From positions 610 to 64,609 of the IMG/VR virus record IMGVR_UViG_3300034107_000262: a DNA stretch of 64,000 bases, one strand, 5' to 3'. Under the pieces are notes generated by a model, which made no database searches, had not been told where the DNA came from, and worked only from the letters and a program-made list of their open reading frames with translations. Position 1 is the stretch's first letter, and each line of letters begins with the position of its first letter. The position numbers and the translations under genes are program-made. This document shows, piece by piece, positions 6,556 through 14,022 of this stretch. This DNA is from a virus (Duplodnaviria; Caudoviricetes).

Positions 6556-8526
6556 ATGGAAAAAAATAAAGTACTATATTTGAATAGTGCTTTTTCCATT
6601 AAAGATATTAGTGATACCTTACCAGCCGTAGGTGACAAGATTGACTCCATCTTTATCGAAGGATACGCAAGTACCAACGATATCGATAGATCAGGAGATG
6701 TAGTTCCTAGTTCGGTTTGGGAAAAGGGCATTCAAAACTATCTGAAGAATCCTATTATTCTATCTCAGCATGACTATGATGATCCAGTAGGACGCATGGT
6801 TGAGTATAAGGTAGATGGTAAAGGTTTATGGATTAAAGCAAGAGTCTCAGCAGCCGCAGAGATATTTAGTTTAGTTAAAGACAAGGTATTAACAGCCTTT
6901 AGTGTTGGTTTTAGAATTATGGATGCTGAGTATAATGCTGCAGCTGAAGTATTCATGATCAAAGAGCTAGAGTTAGTTGAAATTTCAATTGTTTCAGTAC
7001 CATGCAATCAGAATACTGTATTTAATTTATCTAAAGCGTTTAACAACGACGAAGACTACAGTAAATTTAAAGAGCAATTTGCACCCAACGGCACTTCAGC
7101 TAAAGGGCTAGAATCCACAACGGAAGCAATGAGCACAACACAAAAGGAATGGAAAATGAATCCAGAAGAACTAAAGCAAATGCTTGCTGACGCTGCCAAC
7201 AGTGCTGCCGAACAAGCCACCAAGTCTCTACTAGCGGCTCAAGCTGCTCAATCAGAAAAAGCTCTTTCAGAAGCCAAGGCTACTGCAGATCTAGAAGCTA
7301 AGATTAAAGCTGCAGTTGCTGCTTCAATCCAGACCGTTGATACCGGTGCTGAGCGTCTTCTAGCTGAAGTTACAAAGCGTTTCGAAGATCAAAACCAAGA
7401 ATCAAAGAATGCTCTAGCTGGTCTAGAAGCAGCTATCTCTGAGAAAACAGCCGAACTAGCCAAGATCCAAGCAAGCAAGATGCAATTTGCTGGCGACAAG
7501 ACTGGTCAAGGTTCTGAGTATGCTGAACGTGAAAAAGCCTATCTACTAGGTAAGATCACCGGCAAGGGTATCGAAGGCACAAAGTTTGGTAAGTCAATCG
7601 TTGAGAAGACTGGCCAACATCTACCTTCAGCCACTTGGGAACTAGAAGTTTCACTAAACATGGAACAAGAAGTTCGCAGACGTCTAATCGTTGCACCTAA
7701 CGTTCGTGCAATCGCCATGAAGACTAACGTCATGACTCTACCTGTTAATCCAGAAGCTGGTGTTGCTTCATGGGTTACCAACGCAACATTCGGTACTTCA
7801 ACCTCAGCTGGTGGTACATCAACCGCTGCTGGTGGTGCTGGTTCACCTCACGCTCTAAAGGAAATCACCTTAAATGCGTATAAGGTTGCTACCAATGAGT
7901 ACATGAACTACGAAGAAGAAGAAGACAGCCTAATCGTTCTAATGCCTATCGTTCGCGATGCAATGGTTCGTCGTGTTGCCCGTGCTGTTGACCGTGCATA
8001 TCTACAAGGTGCTGGTTCTGGTACTGACCCAGTTAAGGGTCTAGCATTATACAATGCTACTTCTACAGTTACTCCTACCAATACTGGTGTTTGTACTATT
8101 GCTAATCTACGTGCCCTACGTAAGAGCCTAGGTGCATGGGGTCTAGATCCTGCTGAACTAGTTTATATCGTTTCTACCGAAGTCTATTACGACTTACTAG
8201 ACGATACAGCTTTCCAGACAATGAACCAAGTCGGTGTACAAGCTACATTACTAACTGGTCAAGTCGGTTCACTAGGTAACACACCCGTTCTAGTATCAGG
8301 CGAGTTCCCAACCAAGGCTGGCGGTACTGCTACAGCTGCTACCAACATTGGCGCAATCTGCGTTGCTCCTGGTAACTTCCTAGCTGGTAATCAGCGTGGT
8401 CTACGTTTTGACACTCAAGAACTAGTTGAGACTCAACGTCGTGTTCTAGTAGCTAGCCTACGTACTGGTATGACTCAAGTCACTACCAATCTAGGTGCTG
8501 GCGTAGCAACTCTACGTTGGAGCTAA
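6556..8526 (+). CDS. HK97-family prohead protease fused in frame to the major capsid protein
   Basis: GAGGAG RBS before ATG 6556; IEGYAST..DRSGDVV, NPIILSQH, FSVGF, LVEISIVSVPCN; no stop codon before the capsid domain. Confidence 0.85.
   Translation: MEKNKVLYLNSAFSIKDISDTLPAVGDKIDSIFIEGYASTNDIDRSGDVVPSSVWEKGIQNYLKNPIILSQHDYDDPVGRMVEYKVDGKGLWIKARVSAAAEIFSLVKDKVLTAFSVGFRIMDAEYNAAAEVFMIKELELVEISIVSVPCNQNTVFNLSKAFNNDEDYSKFKEQFAPNGTSAKGLESTTEAMSTTQKEWKMNPEELKQMLADAANSAAEQATKSLLAAQAAQSEKALSEAKATADLEAKIKAAVAASIQTVDTGAERLLAEVTKRFEDQNQESKNALAGLEAAISEKTAELAKIQASKMQFAGDKTGQGSEYAEREKAYLLGKITGKGIEGTKFGKSIVEKTGQHLPSATWELEVSLNMEQEVRRRLIVAPNVRAIAMKTNVMTLPVNPEAGVASWVTNATFGTSTSAGGTSTAAGGAGSPHALKEITLNAYKVATNEYMNYEEEEDSLIVLMPIVRDAMVRRVARAVDRAYLQGAGSGTDPVKGLALYNATSTVTPTNTGVCTIANLRALRKSLGAWGLDPAELVYIVSTEVYYDLLDDTAFQTMNQVGVQATLLTGQVGSLGNTPVLVSGEFPTKAGGTATAATNIGAICVAPGNFLAGNQRGLRFDTQELVETQRRVLVASLRTGMTQVTTNLGAGVATLRWS
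7156..8526 (+). CDS. major capsid protein precursor with delta/scaffold domain (internal start)
   Basis: AAGGA RBS then in-frame ATG at 7156 giving 456 aa, close to T5 pb8 size; coiled-coil N-terminus followed by HK97-fold motifs (EEEEDSLIVLMPIVRDAM, YLQGAGSG...PVKG). Confidence 0.8.
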   Translation: MNPEELKQMLADAANSAAEQATKSLLAAQAAQSEKALSEAKATADLEAKIKAAVAASIQTVDTGAERLLAEVTKRFEDQNQESKNALAGLEAAISEKTAELAKIQASKMQFAGDKTGQGSEYAEREKAYLLGKITGKGIEGTKFGKSIVEKTGQHLPSATWELEVSLNMEQEVRRRLIVAPNVRAIAMKTNVMTLPVNPEAGVASWVTNATFGTSTSAGGTSTAAGGAGSPHALKEITLNAYKVATNEYMNYEEEEDSLIVLMPIVRDAMVRRVARAVDRAYLQGAGSGTDPVKGLALYNATSTVTPTNTGVCTIANLRALRKSLGAWGLDPAELVYIVSTEVYYDLLDDTAFQTMNQVGVQATLLTGQVGSLGNTPVLVSGEFPTKAGGTATAATNIGAICVAPGNFLAGNQRGLRFDTQELVETQRRVLVASLRTGMTQVTTNLGAGVATLRWS

Positions 8527-8534
8527 TCTAACTT

Positions 8535-8565
8535 AAAGATAGGGAACTTCGGTTCCCTATCTTTT
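8535..8565 (+). terminator. intrinsic terminator after capsid gene
   Basis: gatagggaac-TTCG-gttccctatc followed by TTTT. Confidence 0.85.
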
Positions 8566-8603
8566 CTAAGGCCTGAGCTTTAGAAAAGATAAAAGGAAAA
8601 CAT

Positions 8604-9233
8604 ATGGGACTAAATCTAGTAACACTCGCAGAATATAAAGCCTACGCAGGAATTACTAGTACTACGTCGGATGCCCAACTTAACACTATCATTACTGGAA
8701 CTAGTAGCTTAGTAAAACAAATCTGCCGTAGAAGTTTTGTAGATTATGTTAACGATACTAAGACTGAAATATTTAAAGGCGGGCCTGCATTGAATGTAGC
8801 CGAAACCCCTTTACTGGCAGTTAGTACTTTTGAATACTCCACTGATTATGGTAATACGTATACTGAACTTGTAGAATTTACTGATTATGCTGTAGACCAA
8901 GAAACAAGTCAGATTATTCCAATTAGAACTATGAACTACTATCCTGACTATTATGCAGGAACTAGTACTACTATGCGCTATAACCCAGAACCTGAGTTCC
9001 CTAGGCGTGTTAACGGTTATCGTGTTATTTATACAGCGGGCTATGAAACATTGCCTTATGATCTTAGATTAGCTGTACTAGATTTAGTTACTTATTACTT
9101 CAAGCAAGAGTGGGCAGTTAAAAGTAATAAGGCTACTGGTAGTAGCACTACCCAGATTGATTACATTATGAATACTGACCTACCTGCTAATATTAAGCGC
9201 GTATTGGATCTATATACTGAGAGCTATAATTAA
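8604..9233 (+). CDS. head-tail connector/head completion protein
   Basis: LVTLAEYKAY, YTAGYETLPYDLRLAVLDLV, LPANIKRVLDLY; synteny with T5 p144. Confidence 0.8.
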   Translation: MGLNLVTLAEYKAYAGITSTTSDAQLNTIITGTSSLVKQICRRSFVDYVNDTKTEIFKGGPALNVAETPLLAVSTFEYSTDYGNTYTELVEFTDYAVDQETSQIIPIRTMNYYPDYYAGTSTTMRYNPEPEFPRRVNGYRVIYTAGYETLPYDLRLAVLDLVTYYFKQEWAVKSNKATGSSTTQIDYIMNTDLPANIKRVLDLYTESYN

Positions 9234-9235
9234 TC

Positions 9236-11011
9236 ATGTCAGGTGATATTCATAAATTTAGCGTAGTTAGTAATATAGAAAAGTTTCTAGTAGGTATGCG
9301 AGTAAATACGCTGGAATTTGAAAGTATTAATATAGCAAAACATGCAAAAAATAAAGCTATTTTTAATCGTATATTTGATATAGAAGATAATTTAAGAAAT
9401 GCTTATGATAGCCTTATTCCAAATGTACACATATTAAATGTAGATAAATTAACAGATCTAGTAATAAAACATCTGGAAAATCAAAAAGAATTTTATATAA
9501 AATTTTATAATAAGACAATACCTTCAGCACCTCCCTCGGATGCTGAAATTGAAGATATGTATAAAGAGTTTGTAAAAGTTCTTAAAGATACGGTACAGTG
9601 GCATAATATGCGTAATTCTATATTCAAAAAAGTATCTGAATATCATATGAAAATACACCAAGCAGGTAATCCTGTAGAAGAACTCAATAAATTAAGTAGT
9701 ACATTGTTTAATTATACAAATTCTACTTATGCAATTACCGATGCAGAAGCTGTAAAACTAGGATATGATTTTGCTAGACAATTAAATAATATTTTTGGAA
9801 AAAAAGCTATAATTGGTTTTACTGACCGAGTTTTAGGAAGTAGTCATAATACTTTTGTATTTTTCGGTAAGTCTTTCAATGCTATGAAGACAATAATTAA
9901 TAATGAGATTAATTCTGCTATTACTCCTATACTTAATAAAATTATAACTGATGCTAATATTAAATATCAACAATATGCGGTACAAGTAAGTGTAGGTTAT
10001 ATAGCTAATTTTGGTCATGGGATGGTAATATCTAAGGATAATGGAAGAGAACTAGGTAGATTCGTTAATTCTCCGGGATTTGCTTCTTCTGTATACGGAG
10101 TAACTAAAGGTTTGGGTAGAGTTGCTGGTACAACTCCTCATGATGCTGCGTTATTATATAAAGAAAAAAGCGGTTTAGTTACAAATTCTATAGAACTAAA
10201 TAAAGACTTTGATAAGGATTTTGGTGTATTAATGAGTCTGGGAGTTACTATAACATTTCCAGAAGATTATGATATAAATCAAGAAAGGGGCAGAAAACAA
10301 GAAGGCCCCAGTAAGACGTCACTAGTAGAAAAAGCAGATTTTGTATTAACTAAAAGATTTACTGGAACAAGTCGTACTAGATATACAGCATACTTAAAAA
10401 ATATTATAATAAAGAATATAATTGGAAAGCATCCAGAATCTGCTAAAGCTTCCAGAAGTATTATTGATTTTATATCAGATTCTATAATGTCTATACTGTC
10501 AGGTAGAAAACCTGCTACAGAAAAAGAAAGAATAGTTAAAACAAATAGTACTCCTGTAAAAACTATAACACGAGTAAAAAGTACTGCTAAACCTATAGTT
10601 TTTGCAAATCCTCAAGTAGTGAGCCCAACAGGTGCTATGTCTTTTCCTGTCGGTCCCAAGTTACGTACTACTAGAGGCCAATTCACTAGTTTAGTATCTA
10701 TACAGAATATTCTTAATCAAGGCCTAGCTTCCCAGATAGAGAAAAATATGGGTAAAGGCGATCGTAGAGATATTCTTAATTATCGTAGTGGACGCTTTGC
10801 AGAATCTGCCAGAGTAGAAACGATGAGTCAGTCTAGAGAGGGTATGATTACTGCTTTCTATAGTTATATGCGTAATCCTTATGCAACTTTTTCATTTGGT
10901 GGTGCGCAGTCTAGTCCGGCTACCAGAGACCCTAAACTGCTAATATCTAGGTCAATTAGAGAAATCGGAGCCACAATGGTTGGAAACAGAATGAGGGCGG
11001 TACTAGTATGA
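9236..11011 (+). CDS. tail completion/neck protein (T5 p143-like C-terminus) with a long N-terminal extension
   Basis: C-terminal LNYRSGRFAES...FYSYMRNPY.TF...RDPKLLISRSIREI; synteny. Confidence 0.65.
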   Translation: MSGDIHKFSVVSNIEKFLVGMRVNTLEFESINIAKHAKNKAIFNRIFDIEDNLRNAYDSLIPNVHILNVDKLTDLVIKHLENQKEFYIKFYNKTIPSAPPSDAEIEDMYKEFVKVLKDTVQWHNMRNSIFKKVSEYHMKIHQAGNPVEELNKLSSTLFNYTNSTYAITDAEAVKLGYDFARQLNNIFGKKAIIGFTDRVLGSSHNTFVFFGKSFNAMKTIINNEINSAITPILNKIITDANIKYQQYAVQVSVGYIANFGHGMVISKDNGRELGRFVNSPGFASSVYGVTKGLGRVAGTTPHDAALLYKEKSGLVTNSIELNKDFDKDFGVLMSLGVTITFPEDYDINQERGRKQEGPSKTSLVEKADFVLTKRFTGTSRTRYTAYLKNIIIKNIIGKHPESAKASRSIIDFISDSIMSILSGRKPATEKERIVKTNSTPVKTITRVKSTAKPIVFANPQVVSPTGAMSFPVGPKLRTTRGQFTSLVSIQNILNQGLASQIEKNMGKGDRRDILNYRSGRFAESARVETMSQSREGMITAFYSYMRNPYATFSFGGAQSSPATRDPKLLISRSIREIGATMVGNRMRAVLV

Positions 11012-11445
11012 GTAGAAGAAATTCCATAGTTATAGCCCTTGCTGAAAAATTCAAAATCATCGACGGTTCTAGCGGATATAAAACTAATCTTTTTAACAAC
11101 TCGTTTGCAAAACTAAAGTTTTGGGATGAGACCAACGATTTCCCTTCGGTCTTCGTAGTAGCAGGGTCAGAGGCTCGCGAGTATATGCCAAGTGCTTTTA
11201 CTTGGGGTTACTTAGGTGTAAGCCTAAAGATCTACTGTAAAGGCGAAGACTCACAACAATTACTAGAAGACCTATTAGAAGATGTAGAAAATGTTATTGA
11301 TGCTAATCGTGTCTTAGTATATGATACTACTAATAACTACGAAACCACAGAAATTCTATTAACTTCTATAACTACTGATGAAGGCCTTTTAGCCCCCTAT
11401 GCAATTGGAGAAATTAATCTTCAAGTGCGCTATCAAATCATGTAA
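11008..11445 (+). CDS. tail terminator protein (T5 p142-like)
   Basis: KFWDETNDFP, E.REY.PS, ITTDEGLLAPYAIGEI; synteny. Confidence 0.8.
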   Translation: MSRRNSIVIALAEKFKIIDGSSGYKTNLFNNSFAKLKFWDETNDFPSVFVVAGSEAREYMPSAFTWGYLGVSLKIYCKGEDSQQLLEDLLEDVENVIDANRVLVYDTTNNYETTEILLTSITTDEGLLAPYAIGEINLQVRYQIM

Positions 11446-11537
11446 TAAGGCAGATGCCTTACCTAGTCTCTTATAAGCATATACAGATAAATATCTAGTC
11501 AGCGCTTTGACGAGACTTCACCATTTAGGAGAAATCT

Positions 11538-13028
11538 ATGGCAATTAATCTAAGTAGAAATACAAAAGTATACTTCACAACAAACGTAGACTCAGCAGGT
11601 AAAGTAGTTGAGCCTGCGACCACTGCTAGTTCTGCTACTAATACTTTTCAAATCCAAGTATTAGATGGCTATTCATTTAGTCAAGCAACTACACAATCAA
11701 CAATCCAATTATCAGAAGCAGGTGACACTCCTGCTCGTGGACAGCGTGCCTTTAACACAGCATTAAATCCTGTAGACTTTTCTTTCTCCACATACATTAG
11801 ACCATCGCTAGGAGCTACAACAGGCCCAGTTACTGCAGCTGAGAAAGTTTTATGGAATGCTCTTCTAGGAGATGCTAATTTAGATACTGCAGGTACTACA
11901 GTAACTAGTATTACTAGACTAGCTAGTACTTCTCCAGTAATTGCAGCAACTGCTAGCCCTCTAGCTACAGTTGTACTAACTGCTGCCTTAAGTAAGACTT
12001 ACGGTGGTAGTACTGCTACTGTAGTTTTAGGTGTAGGTGATATTATTAATATCAATGGTGTAACTCCAACTAGCTTTAACCAACCAGTTAAAATTAGTGC
12101 AGTTAGTAGTAATACGTATACAGTTGAATATGCTATTGCCCCGGCCGTAGGTACAACAGCAACAATTACCGCTGCTGTTGCTACTAGTGGAGCTTGGGGT
12201 AAAGGTACCGTTGCTACTACTGATGCAAATAATTTTAGTTATGTCAGTACTATGGGTTCTAATAAAAATCAATTATTAAAATTTGGTCTAATCTTTGCAG
12301 TAGATAACGTTTTATACGCAATTGATAACTGTGCTATGGATCAGGCGTCTGTTGATTTTGGTTTAGATGCAATTGCTATGTGTGCTTGGACAGGAAAAGG
12401 AACCGGACTTAGACAGATGACAGCTACAGCTATAACAAGCGCTGCTGTTGCTCCTACTCTTGCTCCGTACATTACTAATAAGTTATCAACAATGACTTTA
12501 AAGAGTAATATTGGCGGATCACAGTACACAACTACAGCAGCAGTAGTATATAACATCCCTATTACTGGTGGTAATATTACAATTGCTAATAATATTGCAT
12601 ATCAGACTCCTACTAATCTAGCTGTTGTTAATGCTCCGATTGGATATTATACGGGCCAGCGTTCAATTTCTGGTAATGTAACTGCATATCTACGTACTGG
12701 AGGTTCCGGCTCAACTGCTGCAGATGCAGGACAACTACTAAATGCTCTACTAGTTGCTTCTGCATCAGCTACAGATGCAGGCGTAGAACCTAAGTACGCT
12801 GTACGTTTAGAAATGGGCGGGTCGACCGCAAAGAATCGTGTTGAATTTGACATGCCTGGCGTAGTACTACAAATCCCTGCAGTTAATATTGCAGACGTAG
12901 TTGCAACAACAATCAATTTCAACGCACAAGGATTTGTCTCTGATGTAGTTAATTCACAGACTTTCGATGTAACAGCCAATAATGAACTACTGGTACGTTA
13001 TTTCTCTGATACTGTCGCAGCTACCTAA
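11538..13028 (+). CDS. major tail tube protein (T5 pb6-like)
   Basis: LSRNTKVY, QVLDGYSFSQ, RG.RAFNTALNPVDFSFSTYIRP, YITNKLST, GGNITIANNI.Y.TP..L, TGQRSISG. Confidence 0.88.
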   Translation: MAINLSRNTKVYFTTNVDSAGKVVEPATTASSATNTFQIQVLDGYSFSQATTQSTIQLSEAGDTPARGQRAFNTALNPVDFSFSTYIRPSLGATTGPVTAAEKVLWNALLGDANLDTAGTTVTSITRLASTSPVIAATASPLATVVLTAALSKTYGGSTATVVLGVGDIININGVTPTSFNQPVKISAVSSNTYTVEYAIAPAVGTTATITAAVATSGAWGKGTVATTDANNFSYVSTMGSNKNQLLKFGLIFAVDNVLYAIDNCAMDQASVDFGLDAIAMCAWTGKGTGLRQMTATAITSAAVAPTLAPYITNKLSTMTLKSNIGGSQYTTTAAVVYNIPITGGNITIANNIAYQTPTNLAVVNAPIGYYTGQRSISGNVTAYLRTGGSGSTAADAGQLLNALLVASASATDAGVEPKYAVRLEMGGSTAKNRVEFDMPGVVLQIPAVNIADVVATTINFNAQGFVSDVVNSQTFDVTANNELLVRYFSDTVAAT

Positions 13029-13039
13029 TTAGTTTCACA

Positions 13040-13070
13040 AGAGACGGCTTGATCACCGTCTCTCTTTTTT
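13040..13070 (+). terminator. intrinsic terminator
   Basis: agagacgg-cttgatca-ccgtctct followed by a T-run. Confidence 0.75.
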
Positions 13071-13098
13071 CTCTCTTATATAACAAAGGATACAATCC

Positions 13099-13539
13099 AT
13101 GTCAATTGACAAAGTCTCAGTTACTAGCCTATCACTAAAATCACTATTAGTTCCTAGTAAGCAAGTTGAAGCAGAATTTCCTGGTTTTGCAGGTTTCAAG
13201 GTTCAACTAAGTTTCTTATCTCGTGAAACCCTAGTCGGCATTCGTAAGAAGGCCACTAAGATTACATTTAAGAATCGCCAACCAACAGAAGAACTAAATG
13301 ACGACTTATTCTTACAGCTATACGTAGCTGCATGTATTAAGGGTTGGTCTGGTTTCAAGCTATCATTTCTAGAACAATTAGCACCTGTCGACCTAAGCGG
13401 TCAAGACATGAATGCTGAACTAGACTTTAGCGATGAAAATGCTCTATTCTTAATGAAGTCTAGTAGCAACTTTGACTCATGGGTTTCGGAACAGGTCACA
13501 GAATTGGGAAACTTTCAGAAGATCAGCGCCAGCAAGTAA
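13099..13539 (+). CDS. tail assembly chaperone (G-like)
   Basis: Lies between tube and tape-measure genes; ends just after the slippery GGGAAAC. Confidence 0.8.
   Translation: MSIDKVSVTSLSLKSLLVPSKQVEAEFPGFAGFKVQLSFLSRETLVGIRKKATKITFKNRQPTEELNDDLFLQLYVAACIKGWSGFKLSFLEQLAPVDLSGQDMNAELDFSDENALFLMKSSSNFDSWVSEQVTELGNFQKISASK
13506..13512 (+). other. programmed -1 ribosomal frameshift site G GGA AAC
   Basis: X XXY YYZ heptamer in frame (TTG GGA AAC); a -1 shift enters the 13479-13886 ORF (GKLSEDQRQ...). Confidence 0.85.
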
Positions 13540-13886
13540 ATCTGCAGCTGGAGTCATACTTTCAAAATAGCTCAGTTGGCATGACTCGTGACCAGTATTT
13601 TGAAATGTGTGAGATGCTGGGCAACGAACCTTTAGATTCTGAGATTCCGGTCGAATACGATGACTTACCTTTAGAAGTTCAGGATGCTCTACGTATCTAT
13701 AATACTCTGCAAGATAATTGGGACTATATGGGCGGTAACTATATAGGCAAAAATCTTCATGGTATCAGAGATATATTCGAGATGAACGATATAGAGAAAA
13801 CAGATCATAAATCTATATATGAACTAATTCTACATATAGATAGAATTAGAGCAAAACAGATTCATGATAGCAAACCGAAAAAGTAA
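13506..13886 (+). CDS. tail assembly chaperone C-terminal extension (GT-like, via -1 frameshift)
   Basis: Overlapping -1 frame ORF; MTRDQYFEMCEMLG.EP...EIP. Confidence 0.75.
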   Translation, partial: GKLSEDQRQQVNLQLESYFQNSSVGMTRDQYFEMCEMLGNEPLDSEIPVEYDDLPLEVQDALRIYNTLQDNWDYMGGNYIGKNLHGIRDIFEMNDIEKTDHKSIYELILHIDRIRAKQIHDSKPKK

Positions 13887-13914
13887 AGAGCCTCCTCTAG
13901 TAGGGGGCTTTTTT
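13887..13914 (+). terminator. intrinsic terminator
   Basis: agcctcct-ctagt-agggggct followed by a T-run. Confidence 0.75.
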
Positions 13915-13937
13915 ACGCCTCGCAGAAAAATACAAGC

Positions 13938-13966
13938 TTGACTTGTGCCACCCTCGATGGTATAAT
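13938..13966 (+). promoter_or_regulatory. promoter for tape measure gene
   Basis: TTGACT, 17 bp, TGgTATAAT. Confidence 0.75.
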
Positions 13967-14022
13967 TGTAGCAAATGTGAGTGACACATAAAATTTTTAT
14001 ACTGGCAACTCCAGGAGAATGT

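Noticed and set aside
13981-14022. Upstream starts given by the ORF track (13981, 27440, 42756, 49319, 49858, 52121, 57568)
   Set aside because: Downstream ATGs have a better RBS or ATGA coupling, and some upstream starts overlap promoters or neighbouring genes
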